NCBI GenBank assembly: GCA_965153355.1
Contig: OZ231126.1
Location: forward strand, 41,044,001-41,108,000
Length of the DNA stretch: 64,000 nucleotides
From: Flaccisagitta enflata
Lineage: Eukaryota
Direction: 5' to 3'
The notes beneath the pieces were generated by a model that saw nothing but the letters and a program-made list of their open reading frames with translations, ran no database searches and had not been told where the DNA came from. Made by a program: the position numbers and the translations under genes. Of this stretch, positions 1 to 36,395 are shown piece after piece. How positions within the stretch are numbered: position 1 is the first letter of the stretch; every line of letters starts with the position of its first letter.

Positions 1-428
1 GTAAATTTGTATGGGATTTTTCAAAATATATGTAGATATTCTTTATTAATGAAAGTTAAATTTATGTGGCAAAACGACAGACCAAATGACGGCCAAACGC
101 GGCTAAGAATGAATACTACGCGACTCTACAAACAGCTATCTTCGACCATCAGTTGTTCCGTCGTTTAGTCTATTGTTCTGCCACATTTTACTTTTAATAC
201 TTTGTATTTGGGTTCACTGCTCCTGGCCAAATACTCTTGTGACCTCAAACTCAGCCCCTGTCTACCCACACGCGACTGAAGTAGCCGTGTATCTGGCTTT
301 GTTGTTACAGGAAAATGTTTCAGGATTGAATACATATTTCTCATCCATCTCAGTGTCAGATATAAATGTTTTGGGTATCAGAGGGGATGTCTAGTTTGTC
401 TACACATTGTAAGCAAACAACTCTTTAC

Positions 429-23846
<23,418 letters not shown>

Positions 23847-26800
23847 TGTTTAAAATTCTATACAGCCCAAAATTTCAACCCCCGTTTTTTCTCTGTTCCC
23901 TCGACAGAATTTAAAAAGGAAACAAATCAAACTAGCAAACAATGGGAATTTAATAAAAGCTTTTTAGAAAAAAGACGAAATAAATAAATAGGAAGTATAA
24001 CCGAGAAGGGAGAGATTTCCCTTTCAAACCGTTTTCAATTTTTACTTTTTAGTCGCTTGTTAAGCGACTTTATATAAGAGGGTGTGTCCGTAGATGGGAA
24101 TTAGGAAGGTCTGTAGGACTATAGAAAAGTTGGTAGTGCGAAATTTTAGGTGACGCAAAACCAACTGAGATACTGATTTCTGAGTATTGTCCGTGCCCAG
24201 CCACATTAAAGCCCCCAGGATGGCTGAGTTGGATAAGAGAAGAAAAAGTCCCTTACAAATTGACGAGTTTGTCATTCTGTTCCACGATCAATTTTTTAGG
24301 CTGTGCCCAATGTTTGGGGACGTTCGAGTGTCACTTTCTCTGCCAAGGCCAACTGCCCGGCCACACACGGGTGGGACACAGCCCGATCTAACCACGTCTT
24401 TTTTTGAGTGTTATTGCCCAAGGGCCCTAACCACTTTCAAAGCTCCAGCCCCTGCCCCTGCCCATCCGTATCCAAGTGGGGCAGCTGTAACCTGTATATC
24501 TGGCCTTGTCATAAAACAAATTTGCTTGCAGTGCAATTACTCGAATGGTTAAATCAACCACAATGTTAAAAAAACGAAATTTAGAAATAATGAAATGTAA
24601 ACAATTTCAACATATTTGGTGAAATTGAACCAATCTACTCGTTCAGATTTCTTCCGGCTTATTCCTTTGTTTTAACAAGTCGTCGATCTAATGTGTTAAA
24701 GCCGCAATGATGACTTCACCAAGTGTTAACAATGTTAACGTTGATAATTACTTAAATAACCTATTAAAGTTTTGTTGCCCAATTTTTTTCCAAAGTTGTT
24801 GTGTAGGTCGCGATTTGTTGACGGCATTTTCTAACAGCGTTTCCATGTAAAATGCTAAATTAGCACTTGACGATGACATTGACGATGAAAAAAGTCAGGA
24901 AAATAAACCAATTGACGAGCTGTGTGTCAGCTTGTTGCATGGCACAATCTCGTTGGTGAACTCGAAGTGAGAGTTAGGAGAATCCCGAAAGGAAACTCCC
25001 TCACAAAAAAAAAAATGAATAGAGCCAAAAAAGAGAGAAAGAGCAAACAATGTCAGAGAGAGAGGGAATCACTCAGCTTTTGCTCTGATTTGCATTTGGC
25101 TTTCAATTTCTCCCGCAAACAGCTCCATTTATATTTGATTGGCATGACAACAAGATCGACGGGTGCAATGAGTGCAATGTACAAGCCTTGTATGAGCGCA
25201 GGAATGTACTCCTTGCTTCTTCAGCGTGGGCGCGGCGATAATTTACAATTTTTCAGTTTCTCTTTGTTCCCATTCAATTGGATTTACAGGGTGGTGGAAA
25301 TACTTTTATTTGATAGCAAGATAGAATATAGACAGGCCAGCGCTGTCAGGAGGAGCAAGGTGGGGCATGAGGGAGTGAAATGGTACGAATAACACAAGAT
25401 CAAGATCACAAGATCAACGATGCATCCACCATCTTTTGTAAGTGAATGAATAAATGAACTGACAAATGAATGAATATTTGCATACCGTATTTCTTCCATT
25501 TAGCGCCCCCCCCCCTTCAAAAAGCGCCCCCTCTTTTTTTTTGTATTACACTTTTCAGAAGAGATTTGGACAGAAATATTAGGTATAATGATGAAATAAT
25601 CAAACATAATGAACCATTTTCAAAGACTTTCAAACAGATATATATAATTTAGCATTTTGATAGCCTTTCATGAAAACAACAGATTGAACAACAGTTCATT
25701 TATGATATAATGGGGGCGCTAATTGGAGGGTTGAAAAGCAAAGTCATATTTCAATTTCAAAAGCGCTTGAAGCACGTTTTAGAAAAAATATGGTGATCAT
25801 TGTACAATGACCAACAGACCGACACACTGACCAACAGACCCAGCCAGTAATACATATGCAAGGAAGCATCTAACAAAGAGAGAACACCCACGCAAGGAAA
25901 TGATTTCGATTCATTGATGAAGTCAGATCAGACAAAGCTGACAACCTGACTCAGTTGGAACTAGGCTAACACAGATAGAGTAAAATGGCCACAGATGAGA
26001 CAGGACCGACAAGGATAAGGCATAAGGCACTACAGAGATGACACAAAGTTGACTTGTTAAATTGAGTTTGGTTTAAGGATTGAGCTCATTGAGAACGAAA
26101 AATTAAATGATCTTAAAAAGAGAAACTAAATTCCAAATCGAATAATGAGGCAGCTATAAAATTTTAAAAGCGTCTTGAAGTTAATCGAAATTTCCTTGGG
26201 AAGACCAGCCCAAACGAGACTGCGAAGGGAGAAAGATGAAGAATTAAAACGAAGATTTTGTGGTTCTTCGATGAGAAATATTTTTCTCTTTTCCGATTGT
26301 TTTTCTTTCTTGGTGGATGGGGGGGGGGGGGAGTTGCTCTACGTAGACGACTTCGGTCGTCATCACCTATCTATCATGTATCAGCAATTTTCAGCATTGA
26401 CCATCATCGGAATTTTGAAAACGAATGAAAAAAAAATTGACTGATAAAACTTGATCGCGTGAGCATGGGCAATAATGGTCAATAATGAGGAAGAAGCAAA
26501 GATTTGAACAGGCAAAGCGGTGAGAAAGCAGCTTGCAAATGAACCTGAATCTGTTACCAAATGAAAGTTCGACATTTAAATGAACGATTGAGTCAGGAGG
26601 ATGCGATGTAAAGTTTCATGTAAAGTGTCATGTAAAGGCTACATGTGGCTCAGATACGATCCACAATAGAATCTACTTTGGATGAATTCCTGTCACATGA
26701 TCTAGGACATCATGAACAATCTGGTCTTGTTTGCTATTCACGAGAGGTCAAAATTGAAGTTCTTTTTTGGCCAAATTTGACTTTTTCTGGTGAATACGTA

Positions 26801-26914
26801 TGTTACCACAAGTAATTTAGTGAAAAAATCAATGCGAATTTGTATTCCAAAAAAAAGTTGTGAATGATTTTCTAAAAAAAACAGAAATTTCCCTTTTCCC
26901 CCTTTTGTCAAATT

Positions 26915-26943
26915 TTGTTTCTTTATTTCTTTATTTCTTTCCT

Positions 26944-27011
<68 letters not shown>

Positions 27012-27031
27012 TTCTTTATTCTTTCTTTCTG

Positions 27032-27099
<68 letters not shown>

Positions 27100-27374
27100 T
27101 TTTTCTTTCTTTTTTTCTTTCTTTCGTTGTTTTGTTGTTTCTTTCTTTCTTTGTTTCTTTCTTTCTTTCTCTTTCTTTCTTTTTCTCTTTCTTTCTTTTT
27201 CTTTTTGTGTTTCCTTCGTTCTTCCTTTCTCTATACTTTTCTTCTTTATTCTCTGCTTCTATCTTTCTCTGATTGTTTCTTTCCCTGCTCATTTCTTTTC
27301 CTGTTTTAATTTTTCTCTCTTTCTTTCTTTCTCTCTAACTTTCTTTCTTTCTTCTTTCTTTCTTTCTTCTTTCT

Positions 27375-27411
<37 letters not shown>

Positions 27412-27556
27412 TTCTTTTTCTTTTCTCTTTCTTTTTGTTCTTTCCATCTTGCTTTCTTTCTCTTTCTCTCTTTCTTTCTTCTTTCTCTTTCTTTCTTCTT
27501 TCTCTCTTTCTTTCTTTCTTTTTTCTCTTTCTTTCTTTCTTTCTTTCTTTCTCTCC

Positions 27557-27596
<40 letters not shown>

Positions 27597-27627
27597 CTCC
27601 ATCTTTCTTTTTTTCTCTCTCTCTCTT

Positions 27628-27684
<57 letters not shown>

Positions 27685-27773
27685 CTCTTTCTCTTTCTCC
27701 TCTTTCTTTCTTTCTTTCTTTCTTTCTTTCCTTTTTTTTTCTTTCCTTCTTCTTTCTTTAGTTCTTCTTTTTT

Positions 27774-27817
<44 letters not shown>

Positions 27818-27914
27818 TTTTCTTTCTTCTTTGTTAAAAGGCAATGAAATTGAAAACAATAGAACAACAACATTTGTGGAAGTTCCACTAAATGCTCTGC
27901 CTCTTTCTCTTTAA

Positions 27915-27977
<63 letters not shown>

Positions 27978-28040
27978 TCCTTTTCTTTCTTTCCTTTTTT
28001 TTCTTTCTATCTATCTTTCTTTCTTTCTATCTTTCTTTAT
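26915..28040. repeat. (TTTC)n pyrimidine array
   Basis: Direct reading. Confidence 0.95.
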
Positions 28041-29404
28041 TTCTGTAGAACTCGTACAGCTTGTGCACTCAGCAGCAGAGAACAAAGAACTTTCATGATT
28101 TATGGCTGAAGAAATGAGCGTTACTATGGTTACTGATAATTTTAGATTCGCATAGAAAATGAAAAATCCGAAAAATGAAAAACATCAGATGCTAGTAAAA
28201 TGTCATACAATGGATCTGATGTTTTTGAAAATGCGAATTTTTCCCCTCTGTTCTCGTATTAAAATTATCGGCTACAAAAATGTTTTTTTCAAAAATTCCT
28301 CCTGACACAGCTTTACATAGAAAAAGATATAAAAACCATACTTAATTTTGGGCTAGATCAATAAGATTTGGTATGCATACTCTGTTGTGTGTCTTCTAAC
28401 TACAGTTCAAATCTCATGATGTTATTCCAACGGGAAGATAGGTTTTTGCAGTTTTGAAGTTGAAGTATCCAAAATTTCTAATTTTATTTGTCACACGACC
28501 CCCTGACTGTTTTTTTTTATGACGCATAAATTTTTAATAACAAAAGGTCACGAAAATTTTTGCATGTATTATTTTAATAAATAAGCAGGTTTAACTGAAA
28601 AATTGGGGTCAAATTTCCAATATATAAGGGGAATAGGTTGTGAAAATTCCTGGTGTGAGATCTTTGGCATTAAAATTTGTTGCCTTTTCCAGCATAGGTT
28701 TATAAACATTTAGTTTTTTTTTCACTGAAACGGCCAAAGAAGCCTTGAAATTTTTTTTGGTATAAGATTACATGGTTAGGGATGTAGACGGTTGTTTCTG
28801 TGGGCCAAAAACTGTTGTTATGATGCCTATAGTAGTACAAAATTGCCTCGAATAACAATCGGGTTTACTCAGTTCTCCGTGTCCTAGGCATTCGTTTGTT
28901 TTGCAGTGCCTTGCTTTCCATATCAAAGGGGAAAATGAAAGAATGAAAAAGAATCTCGTGAATACGAATAGACAGCGAAAAGCGAAGACTTTTAACTTTT
29001 TTTTACTTCGTCAGAGGTTAGAATGGCCTGAAATGAGTAGTAATCAGCTCGAATGCGCAACCAAGCAAGGAGGATATTTCTCAACTTTTTTCTATTTTTA
29101 GTTGCGGACACGCAACTTGATAAGAGGCTTTGTCCGTCCGTTGGTCTGTCGGTCCGTCTGTCTATTGGTCCGGGTTCATAGAGTCGAAATGCCGAAAAAT
29201 GAGTTTTCGATACTTTTTGTGTATGTTGGTTTGAAGGTTGAGGTAGGGATGAAGGTTGGACACCCCTGCCCACCCGTCCGCAACAACATGGTGACCCCGC
29301 GTTGTAAGATATTCGAACTATCGGAACAACAAAGGTGGTAAGATGATCCGAGTTCATCAACCCTATCAAATCATACTACTTTTTGGTAAAGGTATGCTAT
29401 CAAT

Positions 29405-29478
<74 letters not shown>

Positions 29479-31439
29479 CTCGGTTACTTCGCTCAAATAA
29501 TGCCAATTATGAGGTGCACTTTCCCCGCGTAGCTACAAAACAATCACGTCATTCGAATATCACGCCTAACAACGCCTAACCAGTGGTATCAACACCTCTC
29601 TAAACAAGATTAAAATCCGAAAGACAATGGCAGCAGCTCTGTAGGACCAGTTTACCCTTTCACTGAAAAGTGATAAAAAGAAAATCAAAACCATTTCTCA
29701 GGCTCATATCCAAGACTCTGAAGTAATTTCCCTTTAAGACGTAAATCCTGTTGCTCCCGACAAGTGCTCAAGCTTTGAGGCTCAAAAGCGAGATCACGAT
29801 ATTCCGGTCAAAGGGGATTATATATCAGACTGAGGGGGTCATCGAGCCATCGGAATTGGATATTTCGTATGTCCTTTATACTAATGCGGGACAAATGTCA
29901 TTACAAGAAAGCTCGACGAATTAATACAACTTTATGTGAATGGCTGAAATACATAAACCAAAAGCAGATCACAAAACTCAAAAGAAAAAAGAAAAACACG
30001 TTTTCATTTTTTCCTAAAACGAACGCACCTCCAAAATTCTTTTGAAGAAATTCATTTTGAACGCCCGTCGGAAGTCAAGTCTTAAGATTGGTAAGTTCTA
30101 TCGTTCTTTCTCCAAAAAATATTTGAGTTTTCGGGCCCAATTGTGCCGGTAGTTGAAGAATACACTTTTTTTATTAATCAGAGTGAAACAAAAACTACGG
30201 AATCTGGATCTTGACCCTTGACTAAGGCGTGGTCAAGATTCTCCCATGGATCTTCAAATCTGAAAACTTCTGTTCAATTCAGTTCAATAAAGCAACCGTC
30301 TTTGTTTGATTTCTATTTTTTTTTCACGGCAGGTTTTATCAACTTTTTTGCATCATCATAAAATGAGATCGAAACAAGAAACGCGAGTTGAGCTCAAATT
30401 ACGGGTCAAAATCATCCTTTGAGCATCATTATCATCTCCATCATCATTGGGAGCCGCATCAAATTTGTCAGGTTCTTTTATTTTTACTCGCGATTTGCCT
30501 TGAATCGATTGCCGACTAGATGGTCTATTCGCTGCGAGCGTGCTGCCTGCTGGTGGTTGTATTGGCGCTGCTCTGTCACCATCATCATTTAGCATCATCA
30601 TCATCATCCTTATCATCATCAGCATCATCCTTCAACATCTCTTTCCTCATCTGCTATCTGCATCAAGCATGAAGCGAGAGAGCGAGAGCGAAAAAGAATG
30701 AGAGAAAGAGAGAGAGCGGCCAAAGAATGGTAAAGTAAAAGAGCCAATGTTCAAATAATCTGGTGGACTTTGCCTCACTTTCTCTGTTTCTTTTGCCTCT
30801 CTTGTCTTATTTGTCCAGCTTCTTTGAACCTGAATTTTTAGTCGCGTGCTACGCGACTCTACACCCCGCTATGTCGGTTGGTCGGTCGGTTGGTCCCCTT
30901 TTATACTTTTTTTTGCGTTTTTGAGCTTTTTGATCATACGGCTCCTGCCCAGATGCCCTATTGACCTTCTCCAGCACTGCTCCTGCCCACCCGCACGAGA
31001 CTAGGGTAGCCATGCATCCGGCCTTGTTAGCTTAGCGCTTTACCTCAAAGGAGCTAGAGGTCGTGTATGTCACCTCTTGCGTCGGTCAGACGGTTAGTCA
31101 GTCAGTCGGTCGCATTGCAGTCACTGCCGCAGTACCGTTCCCATTGACATTATTGTCCCCAGATGATTTTCTGAGCTCAGGATCCAAGTTTTCAGAAATC
31201 TAGAAAGTTTGAAACCTGAAATTGCCGTAACTTCTGTTTTATAGTAGTGGGCGAAGGGTTTTGCCGAAAAGGATCAAAAAGTCTTGGTAAACGTCATTTA
31301 GACAAGGATCAAGATATGATAGTAAATTAGTAATGGTTTCGGGCCTCGCGTTTATTGGGGAGGACAAGGCGAGATCTAAGACCTAACGAAAATCAAATTA
31401 GGGATGAACCAAATTTGATGGTCGCAAAATTTTGATGTA

Positions 31440-32041
31440 CTATCTTGGAAATAAATATACGGACACCTAAACATGATTATAGCAGCTAAACTTTCATATC
31501 CAAAAAAACAATGAAAGCAGATCCATAAACTATGACAAAAAATCTTCCATTTAAGACCAAGCAGAGCTTGATAGCTCCAAATGAGAGCGTTTTGAAGAAA
31601 ACTGTCATTTTACAAAAATCTAATTTAGAGGTTTTCAGTTTACATATCTTAAAAGAACAACCTACATTAAAATAGCTCTTAAATCTAAACGGATTGAGCA
31701 AAATCATTCTGCTTGATCCCAATAAATCACATTTTTGACAAATTCTTTGATTGTTGAAAAAATTGAGGACTGCAGTTAATCATAATGCCCTGAAATTATC
31801 TAGTAATAAAAGAAAACAAAGCTGATTCTTTGATTTTTTTGTTGCTTTTTGAGAGGCAAAGGATACACGGATTCAAGATGAAAAATCATAGACAAATCCC
31901 ATAAAAAGTCAGAACAGAAGCTCATGATAGATCCAAATAACATATTATGACTAAAAATTTAATGATTTGGGCATATACTTCATTCAGTGAGTGAAAAGGC
32001 TAACCTTTTTCCAGCTGTCCGTATATTTATTTCCAAGGTAG
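31440..32041. mobile_element. TA-flanked MITE, copy 1
   Basis: CTATCTTGGAAATAAATATACGGACA / TGTCCGTATATTTATTTCCAAGGTAG; full-length inverted copy at 57051-57660. Confidence 0.88.
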
Positions 32042-32514
32042 TAGTGGCTTCAGTGACATTTTATCAATTCCATGTCGTCAACAACCCGACTAAATAAGGT
32101 CAGATACATGGCTTATGAATAGTCGCTTGGGGGTGGGAAGATGCAGAACTGTGGGTGGGCAGGGGCAGTGCGTGGCAGAGTAGGGTCTTGTCGATAGTTG
32201 CTCGACTCGTCTAACAACGTTGGGGAGAAAAGAAATGCAGAAAATGAAAGTCATTTTTCCGTGTTCCTACAGAAATAATTCATCAGGCTTGATAGTATGT
32301 TTCTGATAGAATATGATAAGGCTAAAATGGCACAATTACTACAACGGTGTTATCTACAGTAGTTCAAGGGGGACATTATGCAGCTGGGAAGGAGCAGTAA
32401 TGCCCAGAAATCACTATTTCACAAGATTTTGTCTCATCCAAAATTCGCAATACCGACCTACCTACCTAGTACCTACTTATAGAATCACTTAGCAAGCGAC
32501 TAAAAACGTAAGCC

Positions 32515-32549
<35 letters not shown>

Positions 32550-33077
32550 CTCTCTCTCTTGCTAACATAGAACGAATAAGTAAATTAGTTTCCAGTTAAT
32601 CGTTAATGGTGTGCAATGTCACATTAGAGAAGTGGCAATGAGTCAGGAAGTCCACGCTTTAATAATCAGTGATCAATGTGAAGTTCAATTGATTTGCGAT
32701 GTAAACAACTAGCATGAAACAATGAGAAGCACTTAACATACCTAACAGTAGTTTTCCGGGAAAATCCTTGCTCCTCTAAAGCTGCGCGAATTAAAGTTAT
32801 AAAACTGCCCCCCAAAAATTCTTTGATGATTTTCAGTCGTTGAGCTTCCACAATTTTGCAGTCAAATTAAGTCTTCCGATTTTCGATGTTCAAACTGGAA
32901 AAGTTTCTCTTTCATTTTAAAGAGTAAAACTGAATGTCAATCGAGGAGAGAGAAATTCAAAGTGTTACCGCTCAAAACGGGAAATTCTATAACAAGAATT
33001 TTATCTGTGTGACAGGGGACAATTCTGCGTGTTTTTACGTGTTTACTGCTCTGATACTCGGCATGCGGTGGCTTGGC

Positions 33078-33131
<54 letters not shown>

Positions 33132-33233
33132 CTCAGATCCCATCCCAGAGGCCCAAATCCCATCCCTGCCTGAGGAATGAGTCATAGCCTCGCGGTCAGG
33201 ATTCCCGGTTGCAAAAAGCTTAAAGAAAAAAAA

Positions 33234-33928
33234 ATGGACAGCTCACAGATTTTTACACAGAGGACCTAAAAAGGCTGTAGAACACGATTCTGATATTCAT
33301 TTTGACCTAACTTGAGCCAAAAAAATTAGAAACGTTTTTTTGTGCTACAAACAGCTATTTTTCTTTAAAGAATGGTGTAAAATGAAACATTTCAGACTTC
33401 TTTTTACAGAAACTTAAAGTACCAATGGCAATTGATACTTATGTGAATCTAGAACAATTTTCAATAGGTCTGCGAGGTTTTAAAAATTGCATTAGAATCC
33501 TCAAAAATGAAAAAATAACCCAAAATCAAAAAATTCTAAAAACTGATGTTTTGGAACAGTTTTTAAGGTTAAGATATGCTATCAGTATGAATTTCATTGA
33601 TGTACTCAAAAAACATGCATGTTATAGCCGAAAAACGCAAAACCGCAACATGCAAATGAGATCAAGTGCAAACTTTCAAAAATAGCAAAAATTGTGTAGA
33701 AACACCACAAATTGAATCAGCACAGTGCAAATGATCAACATACATCAATTTCAGTCAGAATTAACCAAAAGATATGAAACAATTAGTGTTTTTATAGCAA
33801 AAAACACAATTTTCATAAAAAAAAACGTTTCTAATTTTTTGGGCTCAAGTTAGGTCAAAATGAATATCAGAATTGTGTTCTACAGCCTTTTTAGGTCCCC
33901 TGTTCAAAAAAACTGTGATGTGTCCATC
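33234..33928. mobile_element. MITE with ~110-bp TIRs
   Basis: GGACCTAAAAAGGCTGTAGAACACGATTCTGATATTCATTTTGACCTAACTTGAGCC and its reverse complement at ~33842-33898. Confidence 0.8.
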
Positions 33929-34190
33929 TTTTTTTTTTCAAAACCCTCAAAATTGAGATTTTCTCTAACCATAATCCTGACCGCTCGAGGCCAAAATCTT
34001 AACCTCAAGACCCAAATCCCAGCCTTCAGGTCAAATTCCTAGGGCCCAAAAACTGATTGTAAGTCCAATATGTGGCCCTGTTGGGGCTCCTGCCCCTCCC
34101 ACCACCTCATCCACATGTTCACTTACTTAGGAGCATCAGGTACCGCTTTTACAACTTTTAGACCTCTAGTTATGTCCTTTTCTCCATATA

Positions 34191-34952
34191 CACCGTCTTT
34201 AAATCGAAATGGCAAATAGTAAACCTTTGTAGCTCCAAAATTACCAGCCTGAAAGCCTTCAAATTTTCAGTGAATGTTAGTAACAACTGACCATTTTGTC
34301 ATGTCCAAACTCGGATTTTGATACTGAATAGTTTGGGGTCAGTAAAACAAACAAAATATGCCCAATTTTCAGGGCTGAATTTTTTTTCTTGATTTATTTG
34401 AAAAGACTTGTTTTTATCAATGTACAGATGTCAATATAATTGAGCTAGAACTCCGGGGTTGGTCTTAAATGATAGGAAATTTTTCAGAGATTACACATTT
34501 ACCTAAAAAATTGAAAAAAGTTGGATATAGATTGAGGTTATCATTGGTTTTTGGCAATCATTGCTAAAATCCAGACTGTCAATCATTTGAAAATCATTTA
34601 AATCTTTATAAATACGATAAAATAATGAAATTTTCAAGCAAAACACATATTTATGATTTGTAACTCCTCATTTAAGACCAACCCCAGGGTTCAAGCTTAC
34701 TTTATCAGGAAAAAGAACATTAAATGAAAAAAGATTCTTCCAAGTAAAGCTGGGACAAATTATTTCTTTCCATAAAATTGATAGCTTTTCAATGCTTTAA
34801 TGACCACCAACCTATTCAGTTATAAAATCTGAGTTTTGGCATGACAAAATGGTCAGCTGTTTCTAATATTCACTGAAAATTTAAAGGCTTTTGGGCTAGT
34901 AGTTTTGGAGCTACAAAGGTTTACTATTTGCCATTTCGATTTAAAAACGGTG
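34191..34952. mobile_element. Near-palindromic TA-flanked MITE
   Basis: TA-CACCGTCTTTAAATCGAAATGGCAAATAGTAAACC ... GGTTTACTATTTGCCATTTCGATTTAAAAACGGTG-TA. Confidence 0.88.
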
Positions 34953-35170
34953 TAGATATGATGAAAAACGATAATAATAGATTTAGATCAGACATGTTGC
35001 GCTTTTTAATCAATTAAAGATTCACTTCAGTTGTTTGTAAAGAAGCGAATATACTTAACTTCAATATCAAAATATTGGCTTGCTTTTCTTGAAAACCAAG
35101 ACCCTTCATGATTCTCAAACTGCTCTTTTTCTTTCCTGGAGAGAGCAGCTGTTTGATGTTTCTTGTTCAG

Positions 35171-35256
<86 letters not shown>

Positions 35257-35268
35257 AATTTCGTTCTA

Positions 35269-35890
35269 CAGTGCGGCTCATAAAAAAGTTTCCAGCAGTT
35301 TAAAAGCTAGTTATTTCAATCGTAATCATTTTAAACAATTAAAATCCATAAGATTTTTATATTTTTTAAAAAAATCTACAGGTCTAGTCCAACCTTATTC
35401 ATGTAAGTAAAATTGTTAAAAAACTATAGAGGTACAAAGATGATAAGTAATTTATTTTTGCATGAAGGCGAACAGCCTTCGACAGAACATAAGGTTGATT
35501 ATGTTTTCTATAAATGTATTAAAAACAATCTATGATTCCTATATCATATCTATGACTATTTTAAAGAGCTTTAAAAACTTTACAAATCTAAACCAAGTAG
35601 AAGTTTGTGGCTTGATTCGTTTTGAAATGACATAAGTTTAAAGTTAACCAATCATGTTTTTTTTAGGCAAAATATCACAATTCTTTGCTCCTTTTTCCCC
35701 AGGCAATTTTGATATGTACTACTTCAAATCAATGTCAAGCCTAAACGGAAAGAGCTAGAAATCTGGGATTGGACTCAAATTGAAGAAAATAAAAAACCCT
35801 TCAAAAATCTCACTTAAAATTGCTTTAATCATTTATAAAACCTGAAAAATATTAATGACAAAACAGGAAACTTTTTTATGAGCCTCACTG
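35269..35890. mobile_element. Tc1/mariner-like MITE just upstream of the helicase gene
   Basis: TA-CAGTGCGGCTCATAAAAAAGTTTCC / GGAAACTTTTTTATGAGCCTCACTG-TA. Confidence 0.88.
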
Positions 35891-36395
35891 TAGTTGTGTG
35901 CCATGATTGACAATCACACCATCCCAACGAAAACATGAATCTAGGAATCTAGTCTGTAACGCAACTGCAGCCATGACAAAAACGAGTTAAAACATGACAG
36001 ATAGGCATGGCAGACTGACAGAGAGTGAACTGAGAGACCTAAAGATAGGTTCCGGACATGACAAAATGGTATAGTCCAATCAGCGGAAAACAAGATGAGT
36101 AGTTTTATGTAAATCCATGAAATAAGCTACGTCAGCCATGAACTTTTTTACACGATATATAGTTGTCACAAAAATGTATAATTTCTATCCAGATATCTAC
36201 GCGGGAGAACCTTTTGGCTTACTGACTTGGTTTTGATTATTTCCCCAAAGAGGACAGTTGAAACTCGGAGCTCCAAACCAAGAAGAAACAAATGACAAAT
36301 GATTTTTCTCTGCGATACTGGTTCATATCGCCGGACGGTGCAGTAAATTTCTTCCACGATCAAACGAAAATTCCAAAATTCTCCCCCGACCAAAC

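Noticed and set aside
1-428. Next PLD exon (expected G.RDSEI-like motif); an SDTEM string occurs on the minus strand
   Set aside because: Not in frame with any acceptor; the PLD C-terminal exons probably lie outside the window.
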